NCBI GenBank assembly: GCA_020692235.1
Contig: JAIMKU010000003.1
Location: 358 to 64,357, forward strand
Length of the DNA: 64,000 bases
Direction of reading: 5' to 3'
Origin: Hydrogenophilus sp.
GTDB taxonomy: Bacteria > Pseudomonadota > Gammaproteobacteria > Burkholderiales > Thiobacillaceae
In this document: in pieces, positions 11,570 to 21,588 of the stretch
How positions within the stretch are numbered: position 1 is the stretch's first letter
How the letters are laid out: each line of letters starts with the position of its first letter
Position numbers and translations under genes: made by a program
Notes under the pieces: generated by a model
The model's database searches: none
Seen by the model: only the letters and a program-made list of their open reading frames with translations
Told to the model about the DNA's origin: nothing

Positions 11570-14272
11570 TTAAGAAACGTGGCTGCATTGCGAGGCCGGG
11601 GTGCGGGTATCCATGTTGCGACCGCGATTGATGTGGTCGTCTATTTCACCGGCGCAGCCCGCCATGCGGCCAAACAGGAACGAGGTAAAGGCTGCCGTCT
11701 CCAGCGAGCTCTCACCCAGTTTGCCCTTGCGGAAGCGCGGCCACAGCAGTTTCAACAGCAGCGTGGCGATGACGGCATCGATGTTGACGCAGAAGACGTT
11801 CTTGGTCACACCGTTGTCGAACAAGGCCTGAACCACGGCCTTGTAGTAATCGTGAAAGACGTTCTTCTCGCCCCGCTCCGCGAACAACTGCGCGATGTAA
11901 ACCTCGCGCGGGTCATGGTTGACCACATGACCCTTGAATACCGGGTGGTTGACGCCGGGTATGTTGCGCACCGGCTGGCCAATCGCCTTGCCGGCCTTCT
12001 TCTCGTCGCCGAAGCGCTTGGCAAAACTCGTCGCCATTGCCTTGAGGTCGAGGCCGTGGTCGGCGGCACCGGCATCGGCCAGCTTGGTGTCGCCAAAGCT
12101 CTCGATCAGGAACTGGATGCCCTCGTAACCATTGCCGCCATGAGCGAAGCCGGTATGGGTGAGGAAGCCGAGCATGGCCTTGTTGATCTGCGCCCGCTCC
12201 GGCGATTCCGGACCGTCGGCCGATACCGCGCCCTTGCAGCCCTGGGCCGAGATGGTGCCGACGCCGTTGGAGATGATGAGGCCCAGCATCACCTGGAACG
12301 GGAACAGGCTGGCCGCTGTCGGCCGCTCGCCCATCAGGGCAAGATAGGCCAGCTCGGTAACGCTCCAGGATTCCAGCATCTCCTGATTGGCGATGCCGCA
12401 AAACTTGCCGGCCTGGTGCTTCTTGGCCTCGGCCGCCGCGCCGATAATCACCGCAAACAGGTGGGCATACCAAGGCAGATCGCGCACCGTCAGACGAGAG
12501 ATGCGTTTACGTATCAACGGCTCCCAGGCAATGGTCGTGGTCAACGCGGCAATCACTGCGTCTGTCGTTAGGTGTCCCTTCAGGGTACGCAGGTAGCGCA
12601 CAAAGGCCGATTTGCCGTGACGTTTGTCGAAGGCCTTGAGCATCGCCTCGGCCAAGGGGTCCGGGGCGCTGCCCAACAGGGTGGCAAGTTGCTTGGCACT
12701 GGCTTTTGCGGGGGCAATCTTGGCCCGTTCGTCTGCGCCGGCCGTCAGACCCGAGTGAGCGAATAGATCGATCAGGGTGTCGGCGGCCCGTCGCGCCCCA
12801 TCGACGCGCTTCGGACCGAGCAGGGCAACCGCTACGCCGATTGCCGTGTTGGGGGCGTTGCCGGCCTCGCGTGCCGCGTCGGCGGCGGCCAGCATGACTT
12901 CGCCGTGCAGGTTGACCCGCGCCGCAACCGCCAGGTTGAACAAGGCGTTATCGTTGGCGTCGTTGAGCTCCCGGACCAGCGACAGGCACAGGTTGGACTC
13001 CAGTGGCTGTTTGGCGGTATCCAGAATGGAGATACCGTTGACCTTGGTGATCTGGGTCTTCGGGTCCATCACCGAGCTGCCCGAGCAGTCCTTCATCGAC
13101 TGGCGCGGGAAGATGGCGCCCACCAGCTTGAGCAGTTCAGCGATCTGCGCGTCGTAGGGCGGCAGCGCCTTGACCACGGGGATATCCAGCTCGGCCGGCA
13201 GCTTCAGGCCCTGGTCGTCGCCGAACCACGGTTTCAGCTCCAGGTTGCCTTCGGGCGGGAAATCCCGCTCGACACCGTTCAGGTGCATGACTGCGGTCAG
13301 CGCCAGCGGTATGTGGGCGATATTGGTGACCACCGCACCGCGCTTCGAGCACACCGGGTGCTCTGGCGTGAACAGTTCGGTCACCCCGAATTTTTCCATG
13401 AACCAACGCTCTTTGGCCAAGGCGCCATCGCCCGATCCGGCGATGGCGCCGGCGTGGCCGACCGCCCGTGTCAGATTCGCCTTCCAGCGACCAACCACAC
13501 AGGCCACCACCGGCTTGTCAAAGGTAACATCTTCTTCGTAATAGCCGCCCGGCTCTGCATACATCACTGCCGCCTTGGTGCGCGCATCGTTGGCCATGGC
13601 GTAGGCGAACTCGGGGGCGGCGTAGTGGATGTAGACGTCCTTGCCGCTGGAGATCAACGTCGTCGTGCCCCAGCCGCCGATCGTCAGGTAATTGGCAATG
13701 GTGGTGGTGAAGTTGCCGGAGTTGGAGTAGATGGCGATGGAGCCTTTGCGCAAGGTCTCGGCGGGGTTATCGCCGCCCAGCGCGCCGCCGATGCGCACAT
13801 GGTTCCACGAATCCGCCACGCCCAGACAGTTGGCGCCGAAGATGTCCACCCCGCGCTGCTGACCGAGCGCCCGGATCTCACGGGCGTCATGCACCGATGT
13901 CTTCTCGGTGAGGATGACGACCTTGTCGACCTCGGGGTTGATCCGGATCAGCTCAGCGACGCCGTCGCGGACAGCGGATGGCGGCAGATAGACCACGCCG
14001 ACGTTGAATTTATGCCCGGCCTCCAGACCCTCGCGCACGTTGTTGTAGACCGGGATGTCGCCCAGCGGCGTCTCCAGGACTTGGCCGCGGCGCCCAGGCA
14101 TGGTGCCGAAGACCACGTTGCCGCCTGAATAGGTATGGCTGATCGGGGTGACCGAACGGGATTCGTTGCCCAGTATGTTCAGTACGCAGATGCGATCATC
14201 CGGGGTCGCAATCTCGGCCAGGGAACGAATTCCGACGAAGTATTTGAAGTGTACGATGCCAGGCTTTCTCAT
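11570..14272 (-). CDS. aclA: ATP-citrate lyase alpha subunit (long form)
   Basis: 900 aa; CoA-binding/SucD-like N-terminus (IFGANCLG, SNSGNFTT, VGHAGA phospho-His), citrate-synthase-like C-terminus (AHGGNG, PGVNHPVFK, VNIDAVIA). Confidence 0.92.
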   Translation of the reverse strand: MRKPGIVHFKYFVGIRSLAEIATPDDRICVLNILGNESRSVTPISHTYSGGNVVFGTMPGRRGQVLETPLGDIPVYNNVREGLEAGHKFNVGVVYLPPSAVRDGVAELIRINPEVDKVVILTEKTSVHDAREIRALGQQRGVDIFGANCLGVADSWNHVRIGGALGGDNPAETLRKGSIAIYSNSGNFTTTIANYLTIGGWGTTTLISSGKDVYIHYAAPEFAYAMANDARTKAAVMYAEPGGYYEEDVTFDKPVVACVVGRWKANLTRAVGHAGAIAGSGDGALAKERWFMEKFGVTELFTPEHPVCSKRGAVVTNIAHIPLALTAVMHLNGVERDFPPEGNLELKPWFGDDQGLKLPAELDIPVVKALPPYDAQIAELLKLVGAIFPRQSMKDCSGSSVMDPKTQITKVNGISILDTAKQPLESNLCLSLVRELNDANDNALFNLAVAARVNLHGEVMLAAADAAREAGNAPNTAIGVAVALLGPKRVDGARRAADTLIDLFAHSGLTAGADERAKIAPAKASAKQLATLLGSAPDPLAEAMLKAFDKRHGKSAFVRYLRTLKGHLTTDAVIAALTTTIAWEPLIRKRISRLTVRDLPWYAHLFAVIIGAAAEAKKHQAGKFCGIANQEMLESWSVTELAYLALMGERPTAASLFPFQVMLGLIISNGVGTISAQGCKGAVSADGPESPERAQINKAMLGFLTHTGFAHGGNGYEGIQFLIESFGDTKLADAGAADHGLDLKAMATSFAKRFGDEKKAGKAIGQPVRNIPGVNHPVFKGHVVNHDPREVYIAQLFAERGEKNVFHDYYKAVVQALFDNGVTKNVFCVNIDAVIATLLLKLLWPRFRKGKLGESSLETAAFTSFLFGRMAGCAGEIDDHINRGRNMDTRTPASQCSHVS

Positions 14273-14359
14273 TGCTTGTTACCTTTCGTCCATACGGCCA
14301 GGGGTGGGAAAATCACATCCAGCAAGCCGCTTTTCATGTGTTTTGGATTCTCGGTTGGA

Positions 14360-15640
14360 TCAGGCGTCGGTGGGTAGACCCAGCATCGTCGCAACCTGGG
14401 CCCGACCACCGCTCTTCATCCAGCGATCCGCCTCCTGGGCATAGGTCACCACATCGGTCATCGCCGAGTCGTAGCCGAACACCCGATAAGGCAGGCGCAA
14501 TGCGTCGAGGACATCCTTGAAGGCGCCCATGCCGCGAATCAAATTGGGGCCGCCACGACCGATCACCACGTAGACCGGCGTTGGTCCATGCTCGCTGAAG
14601 TACTCGCGCAGGGCATCGGCCATCGCCCGGAAGGTGACGAAGATGTCGGTGTTGTTGGCCTTACCGCCGATCACGAACAATACGTTCGACTGCTTGAGGT
14701 AGTATTTGAGGCAGATACGCATCACCTCTTTCATCTTCTCGTAGGGCGGATTGCCGCCGAAATCGGAAGAGATGATGGCATCGCTGCCCAGTACCTCGGT
14801 GACCAGAGAATTCGCGCCGCCGCCAAAGGTCGGCGCCAGGATGGTGCCTTTATCGTTGATGACATAGACATCGCTCTGGCCCTGGTAGGTGCGCAGTTCG
14901 TTGATATCCTGCTCGAAGTCGCTGACCTCGGTCATGAACAGGTCGGAAGGCAGGTTCAGGCGGCTGACCCGCGGATCGTCGCGGTCGAAGCCGCACTTGA
15001 AGTCGCAGGCCACCGGCAACAGGTGACCCGGCCGGTTTTCCGTCATCCGGATGGGATTGAGTTCCAGCGTCGTCATGCCGTAATGGTGAAACAGGTCCCA
15101 CAGCTTGGGCAGGTGCTGTACCAGCGGCGACACGATCTCACGCGGCGCCCCCAGGTCGGACAGCGCGTTGGAAATAACGAACGACGAGAGGCCGGTCAGC
15201 GGATCGAAAGGCACTTCGACGATCTGGCTCTTGTCCAGCTCCTCGATGTCCATGCCGCCGTGGTGAGTGAGCGTCATGGCTGGCGCCCGGTAACGGGTCG
15301 AGTCGGTGATCGAGAAATAGACCTCGTGGTTGGCCGGAACGGCACCCTCGAAGGTGACCCCGCGCGACTTGTAAACGGCTTTGCCTGACCGGTGCTCAAC
15401 AAAGTAGAGCCGTTCCTTCTCGGCCAACGCCGTTTTCAGATCGCTGGCGCGGCCGAGCAGCCCGGACTTGCCCTTTTTGCCCACGCCGCCCTTGAAGATC
15501 GGCTTGATGAAGACCGAACCGCAACGGTCGATCAGACTGTGGATTTCATTTTCGCCAGCCTCCGGGCCGAGTACCTCGGCGGCCGGAAAATCGACGATCT
15601 TGAGCATCCGTGCTCCATAGAGCATGCCACTGATGTTCAT
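14360..15640 (-). CDS. aclB: ATP-citrate lyase beta subunit
   Basis: 426 aa; ATP-grasp (FIKPIFKGGVGKKGKSGL, LELNP) and citrate-binding domain (FGGGANS, DFGGNP, IGGKANNTD, GRGGPN). Confidence 0.93.
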   Translation of the reverse strand: MNISGMLYGARMLKIVDFPAAEVLGPEAGENEIHSLIDRCGSVFIKPIFKGGVGKKGKSGLLGRASDLKTALAEKERLYFVEHRSGKAVYKSRGVTFEGAVPANHEVYFSITDSTRYRAPAMTLTHHGGMDIEELDKSQIVEVPFDPLTGLSSFVISNALSDLGAPREIVSPLVQHLPKLWDLFHHYGMTTLELNPIRMTENRPGHLLPVACDFKCGFDRDDPRVSRLNLPSDLFMTEVSDFEQDINELRTYQGQSDVYVINDKGTILAPTFGGGANSLVTEVLGSDAIISSDFGGNPPYEKMKEVMRICLKYYLKQSNVLFVIGGKANNTDIFVTFRAMADALREYFSEHGPTPVYVVIGRGGPNLIRGMGAFKDVLDALRLPYRVFGYDSAMTDVVTYAQEADRWMKSGGRAQVATMLGLPTDA

Positions 15641-15740
15641 GGTTTACTTGCCTCTCCATTAATCAAATCCCAGCCACCGCAACTAAAGGGCACACTTGCC
15701 GCGTCCCCGCTCGAAACCCGTCGATACGAAACCATAAAAA

Positions 15741-16565
15741 CTAGTACTCCTCCGGCAGATTCTTCAACTGAGCCCACGAATAGACCGGCCCTTTGACGCA
15801 TACGTAGTCCTTGCCGACATTGCAGCGGCCGCACTTGCCCAGGCCGCATTTCATCTTGTTTTCCAGGGTCGTGTAGATCTGCTCGTCGGCGAAGCCAAGC
15901 TGGCTCAGATTCTGAATCACATACTTAATCATGATCGGCGGCCCACAGGTGACGGCGATGGCGTTATCGGGCGAAGGTTCCTTGTCCATCACGTTGGCCG
16001 GCACAAAACCGCAGTAGGCATCCCAGCCATCCTCGGCCTTGTCCACCGACAAATGGACGTCAGCGACGCCACGCAGCTTTTCCAGCTCCGACTTGTACAT
16101 GATGTCGCGCGGCGAACGGCCACCGTAGAACACGGTGATATTCTTGAACAGGTCGCGTTGCGCCACCGCCGTGGTAATCACCGGCCAGATCGGCGCCAGA
16201 CCGCTACCGCCGCCGATGAAACAAAGATTTCTGCCCCGCCAGTCATCGACCGGGAAACTGTTGCCGTAGGGGCCGCGAATACCGACCACGTCGCCCACCG
16301 CCAGATCGTGGAAGGCGGCGCTGACCCGCCCCACCCGCATGATGGAAAACTGCTTGTAGTCCTTGACCAGCGGCGAGGAGGCGATCGAGATCATCATTTC
16401 GCCGCGCCCGAACACCGATAGCATGGCGCACTGGCCGCACTCATGTTCGAAGCTGCCGCCGTTCAGCGGCTCGACCCGGAAGGTCTTGATAGCGCGTTCG
16501 CCGGGCACCTCTTCCTTGATGAAGGTGATCCGGGCCAGTTCTGGCAGATAGATGTTAGCCGGCAT
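15741..16565 (-). CDS. flxA: FlxA/AsrB-like FAD/NAD(P)-binding oxidoreductase
   Basis: 274 aa; GQCAMLS, RGPYGNSF, GGGSGLAP, CGPPIM, MKCGLGKCGRC (2Fe-2S). Confidence 0.85.
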   Translation of the reverse strand: MPANIYLPELARITFIKEEVPGERAIKTFRVEPLNGGSFEHECGQCAMLSVFGRGEMMISIASSPLVKDYKQFSIMRVGRVSAAFHDLAVGDVVGIRGPYGNSFPVDDWRGRNLCFIGGGSGLAPIWPVITTAVAQRDLFKNITVFYGGRSPRDIMYKSELEKLRGVADVHLSVDKAEDGWDAYCGFVPANVMDKEPSPDNAIAVTCGPPIMIKYVIQNLSQLGFADEQIYTTLENKMKCGLGKCGRCNVGKDYVCVKGPVYSWAQLKNLPEEY

Positions 16566-17589
16566 GTTCGGTTACCTTGTTGACCACATGGACGATGTCG
16601 ATCCCGACCGGGCAGTCGCTGATGCAGCGGCCGCAACCGGTGCATTGATGCATCCCGAAATTCTCGAAGAAATACTGAAACTTGTGGCACACCCGCTGGC
16701 GCAGCCGGGCACCGACGCTGGGCCTCGGATTGTGACCCGAGGTATGCATGGTGAAGTCGGGAAACTGGCAGTTGTCCCAGGTCCGTACCCGGCTGCCCTT
16801 GAGCGGCGCCGCACCGGTGACTTCGTCGTTGATATCGAAGCAGTGGCAAGTCGGGCACAGAAAGGTGCAGATGCCGCAGCCGATACAGGCTTGCGCCAGT
16901 TCTTCCCAGAGTGGCGACTTGAAACTGGCCTTGAGTTTGGCCGGCGCCCCATCAGCATCGTGAATCGCCCGTTGCGGCTGGGCGACGGCCTCGGCGTGCA
17001 GGTCTTTCAAGCGCTGGCGGTCAGCAACCTCCGGCTTCTTCAGCAGGTCACCCGCGACGGTCATCAATGCCTTGCCGGTCTCGGTGACCGCGGCCACGAA
17101 ATAGCGCTCGCCCAAGTCAGTCATCAGGACATCGAGACCGTCGCTGCCGACCGGCGAGCCGCCAACCGACAGGCAAAAGCAATTGCTGCTTACCGGCTTG
17201 TTGCAGGCCAGACCGACATAAGCCATGTTGTTGCGCCGCGTCTGATAGTAGGGGTCATCGACATGGTCGGCGAACACCCGATCCATGCGCACCGTGCCAC
17301 GACCGTCACAGGGACGCACGCCGAACGCCACGCGGCGCTTGCCTTGCGGCAGTTTCTGCGTCAATCGCGGCGCTTCGCCCTTGATCTGCTCGAAGGTGAA
17401 AAACACCTCCCGCTGGGGAAAAGCGAAGCCCTTGGGCGGCTGTTTGGTGTTGGGGTGATCGAGTCGGACAGCGCCGGCGACCGGCCGAAATGCCCAGACG
17501 TCGTCTTCGACCGCCGGCGCGAACGCATCCCAGTCGGTCAAGACGGCGATCCAGTCGTCCAGGCGTTGTTTATCGAGTATCTTTTCCAT
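16555..17589 (-). CDS. flxB: FlxB/AsrA-like 4Fe-4S dicluster protein
   Basis: Start MEKILDK at 17589; FGVRPCDG, CIGCGICTFLCPTCHCF, CTGCGRCISDCP. Confidence 0.85.
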   Translation of the reverse strand: MEKILDKQRLDDWIAVLTDWDAFAPAVEDDVWAFRPVAGAVRLDHPNTKQPPKGFAFPQREVFFTFEQIKGEAPRLTQKLPQGKRRVAFGVRPCDGRGTVRMDRVFADHVDDPYYQTRRNNMAYVGLACNKPVSSNCFCLSVGGSPVGSDGLDVLMTDLGERYFVAAVTETGKALMTVAGDLLKKPEVADRQRLKDLHAEAVAQPQRAIHDADGAPAKLKASFKSPLWEELAQACIGCGICTFLCPTCHCFDINDEVTGAAPLKGSRVRTWDNCQFPDFTMHTSGHNPRPSVGARLRQRVCHKFQYFFENFGMHQCTGCGRCISDCPVGIDIVHVVNKVTEHAG

Positions 17590-17593
17590 GCGC

Positions 17594-18625
17594 TTACCTG
17601 ATGAATTGACCGGGGTCGTCGTCGCGGAAGGAGGCCACCAGCGAGGGTCCGCCGATGCTCGCCCCAGGCTCATAGCCGAAGCGTTCGCGGGCCTCCAGTT
17701 CCATCTTGTTGTTGAGCAGGCGCAGCGGGATATTGACCGGGCAGACCCGTTCGCACTCACCGCAGTCGATGCAGCGGCCAGCCAGGTGCATCGCGCGCGT
17801 CATGTGGTAGGTGATGTTTTCGGAACGCACCGCCGAGCGCTCGATCCAGCGAATGCGATTGGCCTTTTCCTCGGCCGTGGTATCCGGCGCTACCGGGAAG
17901 GTGATGCTGTCCACCACGCACTCATCGCAGTAACACATCGGGCACACCGAGCGGCAGGCGAAGCAGCGGATGCAGCGCTCGAACTGACGGCGCCAGAATG
18001 CCCAGCGATCGACCGCACTGAGCGCCTCGAAACGGCCCAGCGCGGTAAATGGCGCCGCCAGTTGGCGTCCGGTCTTGTCCTCGCCGAACGCCACGTTGTG
18101 TTCCTTGGGGAAGGGCTCGCGGCATTCCAGGCAGCGATCCGCCATGACCTCACTGGCCGGCAACCTCACCTCACCCGCCGCGGTCGTGACAACCAGCTCG
18201 TCGCCGTCGAAGACGGCGCTCAATGCCTGGGCGCCATTCAGGAGCCGAGCCAGTTTGTATTCGACCAGTACGCCGCCACCTTCGCAGGACACGCCGATGA
18301 TGTAAACCTCATCGCGCTTGAAGTAGTGCTCCTGCATCAGCACGACGATGGCACGGGCGTCGCAGCCCTTGGCGATGATGGCGATAGGCAAGGTCGGGGT
18401 CCGTTGCGCATGGGCCAGCGCCTTGCGATCCTCGACCAGGTAGAGCGCCAGGTTGTGGAAGCAGGTGGCATCCCAGACCAATTCATCGGCCTGTTCCGGA
18501 TCGGTGATGGTGACCGGTTCGGCAAGCATGCCCCGGCTGCCGCGCCGGTAGCCGATGACGGCGCGAACCTCGCCCCTGGTCAACAGGTCGCGCGCCGCGT
18601 CACGGATACTCTGAACATCGATCAT
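17594..18625 (-). CDS. flxC: FlxC / FdhB-like 4Fe-4S protein
   Basis: 343 aa; KGCD, CIRCFACRSVCPMCYC, CIDCGECERVCP. Confidence 0.82.
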   Translation of the reverse strand: MIDVQSIRDAARDLLTRGEVRAVIGYRRGSRGMLAEPVTITDPEQADELVWDATCFHNLALYLVEDRKALAHAQRTPTLPIAIIAKGCDARAIVVLMQEHYFKRDEVYIIGVSCEGGGVLVEYKLARLLNGAQALSAVFDGDELVVTTAAGEVRLPASEVMADRCLECREPFPKEHNVAFGEDKTGRQLAAPFTALGRFEALSAVDRWAFWRRQFERCIRCFACRSVCPMCYCDECVVDSITFPVAPDTTAEEKANRIRWIERSAVRSENITYHMTRAMHLAGRCIDCGECERVCPVNIPLRLLNNKMELEARERFGYEPGASIGGPSLVASFRDDDPGQFIR

Positions 18626-19053
18626 GTGCGGTCCGCCTTCAATTTGTCCTGCGGCCCAAGCGGCTTGAGGTCGGCGACAAAGTCCTTGACGACCTGGGCG
18701 TACTTGGCGCCTTCGGCGGCCGACACCCAGGACATCCGGAGCCGATCCGGCTCGACGCCGACCATCTCAAGCAGTTCCTTGATTAAGTAAATCTTGCGCC
18801 GCGCCAGGTAGTTGCCCTCGATGTAGTGGCAGTCGCCGATATGGCAGCCCGACAGCAGGACGCCGTCCGCCCCCTTGTTGAAGGCCGACAGGATGTAGAG
18901 CGGCGAAATGCTGCCCGAGCATGGTACGGTGATCGGCGTCGCGTTGGCCGGGTACTGAATCCGCGAGACTCCGGCCAAGTCGCTGCCCGCCGACGAGCAC
19001 CACTTGCACAGGAAGGCGACGATCTTGGGTTCGTAAGCTTGTTCTTCCGACAT
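18622..19053 (-). CDS. flxD: FlxD/MvhD 2Fe-2S subunit
   Basis: FLCKWCS, VPCSG, GCHIGDCHY, WVSAAEG. Start set at MSEEQ. Confidence 0.92.
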   Translation of the reverse strand: MSEEQAYEPKIVAFLCKWCSSAGSDLAGVSRIQYPANATPITVPCSGSISPLYILSAFNKGADGVLLSGCHIGDCHYIEGNYLARRKIYLIKELLEMVGVEPDRLRMSWVSAAEGAKYAQVVKDFVADLKPLGPQDKLKADRT

Positions 19054-19067
19054 CGGTTTCCCTTCCA

Positions 19068-21017
19068 TCAAGCCAAACAGGCTTCGATCATCTCGAAGAC
19101 CTGCATCTGGGTGGCATTTTTAACCTCGATGGCGGCGCGCAGGCAGGTGGCCGTGCAACTGCCGCAACCTTCGCAAAGCACTTCGTTCACTACTGCCTTG
19201 CCGTTCTCCAGCCGGATCGCGTGGTAGGGGCAGGCGGTGACGCACATCTCGCAGCCGGTGCAATGGGAGCGGCGCACGCGGGCGACGGTTGGCGCATGGC
19301 TGAGGGTCGCCTGCGACAGCAACGCGATCACCTTGGCGGCGGCGGCGCCGGCCTGGGCAACGGTTTCGGGAATGTCCTTCGGGCCTTGGGCGGCACCGGC
19401 CAGGAAGATGCCGGCGGTGACGCTTTCGACCGGCCTCAGCTTGGGGTGGGCCTCAGCCAGGAAGCCATCCTTGTCGCGGCCGATCTTGAGCACCTTGGCG
19501 GCCTGAGCCGTACCCTTGGAGGGTTGCATGGCGAGTGCCAGCACCACCATGTCGGCGTCGATCTCGACGTTCTGGCCGGTCAGCGTGTCGGTACCGAGCA
19601 CCTTGACCTTGCCGTTATGCCGGTAGAGTTTGGAAACGCGACCGCGCAGATAAATGGCCCCGTCCTCCTCCATGGTGCGCTGCACAAACTCCTCGTAGCC
19701 CTTGCCGCCGGAGCGGATGTCGATGTAGAACACATAGGCGCGGCCATCCGGGACATGGTGTTTGTAGAGGGTGGCGTGTTTGGCGGTGTACATGCAGCAA
19801 ATCTTCGAGCAGTAGGCGCAGTGCTGAGCCGGGTCGCGCGAGCCGACACACTGGATGAACACCACGTCCTTGGGCACCTTGTGGTCGGAGGGTCGCAGCA
19901 CATGACCGCTGGTTGCGCCCGAGGCCGAACACAGACGCTCGAATTGCAGGCCATCGAGCACGTCCTCGACCTTGCCGTAGCCGTACTCGGCAATATTTTC
20001 CTGGGGATAGAGATCGAAGCCGGTGGCCACGACGATGGCGCCCACCTCTTCGACCACCGTCTCGGGCCGCATGTCATAGTTGATCGCATCGGCCTCGCAA
20101 GCATCCTTGCACTTGCCGCAACGGATCGGGTTCAAACCCAAACACGCCTCCTCGTCGAGCGTGTAGCTGGCCGGGATCGCCTGCGCATAAGGGATGTAGA
20201 TGGCGCGTCGGGCGGTCAGGCCAAGCTCGTATTCGTTGGGCACCACCACCGGGCAGACCTGGGTGCAGTCATCGCAGATATTGCACTTCTCGGGATCGAC
20301 AAAGGTCGGCTTCTTGAGAATTTTGGCCTTGAAGTTGCCCACCGAGCCGGAGACTTCCTGCACCTCGCAGTAGGTCATTACCTTGATCTTGGGGTGACGC
20401 GACACCTCCACCATCTTGGGCGACAGGATGCACTGCGAGCAGTCCAGGGTGGGGAAGGTTTCGGAGAGCTGGAGCATGTGGCCGCCGAGGGTGGCCTGTC
20501 TCTCGACCAGGATCACCTCCAGACCGGCGTTGGCCATATCGAGGGATGCCTGGATGCCGGCGATGCCGCCACCGATGACCATCACTCGGCGGGTGACCGG
20601 GACGGCAATCGGCTCCAGTGACTGGTTGCGGCCGGCCCGGCGCACGGCGCTGCGCGAAATCTTGATCGCCTTCTCGGTGCCCACATCGCGATCCTTGTGC
20701 ACCCAGGCGCACTGCTCGCGAATGTTGGCGATTTCGCAGGTGAAGCCGCTGATACCGGCACGGGTGGTGTTATCGCGAAAGGTCTTCTCATGCAGTGACG
20801 GCGAACAGCAGGAGACCACGACGCTATCCAACTGGTTATCCTTGATCGCCTGAATGACCGCGTTCTGACCGGGGTCGGAACACATGTAGACGTAGTCCTG
20901 GGAATAGACGACGGTCTCCTCGGCGGACATCTCCTTGACCACTCGCGCCACATCGACCGTGGCGGCGATGTTGTTGCCGCAGTGACAGACGAATACCCCA
21001 GTGCGCTTTTTGGTCAT
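19068..21017 (-). CDS. hdrA: Heterodisulfide reductase subunit A (flavin-based bifurcating subunit)
   Basis: 649 aa; VFVCHCG, NIREQCAWVH, VIGGGIAG, TFPTLDCSQC, CSKICCMY, several CxxCxxC ferredoxin motifs. Confidence 0.95.
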   Translation of the reverse strand: MTKKRTGVFVCHCGNNIAATVDVARVVKEMSAEETVVYSQDYVYMCSDPGQNAVIQAIKDNQLDSVVVSCCSPSLHEKTFRDNTTRAGISGFTCEIANIREQCAWVHKDRDVGTEKAIKISRSAVRRAGRNQSLEPIAVPVTRRVMVIGGGIAGIQASLDMANAGLEVILVERQATLGGHMLQLSETFPTLDCSQCILSPKMVEVSRHPKIKVMTYCEVQEVSGSVGNFKAKILKKPTFVDPEKCNICDDCTQVCPVVVPNEYELGLTARRAIYIPYAQAIPASYTLDEEACLGLNPIRCGKCKDACEADAINYDMRPETVVEEVGAIVVATGFDLYPQENIAEYGYGKVEDVLDGLQFERLCSASGATSGHVLRPSDHKVPKDVVFIQCVGSRDPAQHCAYCSKICCMYTAKHATLYKHHVPDGRAYVFYIDIRSGGKGYEEFVQRTMEEDGAIYLRGRVSKLYRHNGKVKVLGTDTLTGQNVEIDADMVVLALAMQPSKGTAQAAKVLKIGRDKDGFLAEAHPKLRPVESVTAGIFLAGAAQGPKDIPETVAQAGAAAAKVIALLSQATLSHAPTVARVRRSHCTGCEMCVTACPYHAIRLENGKAVVNEVLCEGCGSCTATCLRAAIEVKNATQMQVFEMIEACLA

Positions 21018-21577
21018 GATGCCGCACCGCCCGCGTTCAAGGTATTGATGCCGTGCTCATAACCCTTCTCGAAGGCCTTGATATTGGCCTTCAGAAAACG
21101 GTCGGGCACCAGGCCGGGCAGCGCCTTCTTCATGGCTTCGGCGGACACCACTTTGGTCACCGCGGTCAAGAAGCCCAGCGCCACCAGGTTGGTGAACAGC
21201 CGATTGCCCACTTCCTCGGCGAAACGGGTCGCCGGCACGCGATAGAGTTCGAGCTCAGGATGCTCGCCGCTTAGTTTCACCAGGTCCTGTTCGACGATCA
21301 GAATGCCGCCCTTGGGCAACTCACCGTAATACTTGTCGTAGGCCTCCTGGGATAGCGCCAGGAGAATCCCGGGGTGGGTGATGTAGGGATAGAGGACGCG
21401 TTCGTCGGAAACCACGAGTTGGGCCGCGCAGGCGCTGCCACGAGCCTCCGGGCCGAAGCTCTGGGTCATGGTGGCAAACTTGTCGTCATACAGAGACAGT
21501 GCCTTGCCGGTAATCAGGGCGCAGCGGATGATGCCCTGACCACCGAATCCCGAGAACCTGATTTCATGAGTGCTCAT
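21014..21577 (-). CDS. korG: 2-oxoacid:ferredoxin oxidoreductase gamma subunit
   Basis: IRFSGFGGQG, QSFGPEARG. Confidence 0.88.
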   Translation of the reverse strand: MSTHEIRFSGFGGQGIIRCALITGKALSLYDDKFATMTQSFGPEARGSACAAQLVVSDERVLYPYITHPGILLALSQEAYDKYYGELPKGGILIVEQDLVKLSGEHPELELYRVPATRFAEEVGNRLFTNLVALGFLTAVTKVVSAEAMKKALPGLVPDRFLKANIKAFEKGYEHGINTLNAGGAAS

Positions 21578-21588
21578 GCGCTCGCTTC

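Noticed and set aside
11570-15640. Succinyl-CoA synthetase (sucCD)
   Set aside because: The alpha subunit carries a citrate-synthase-like lyase domain and the beta subunit has ACL citrate-binding motifs.
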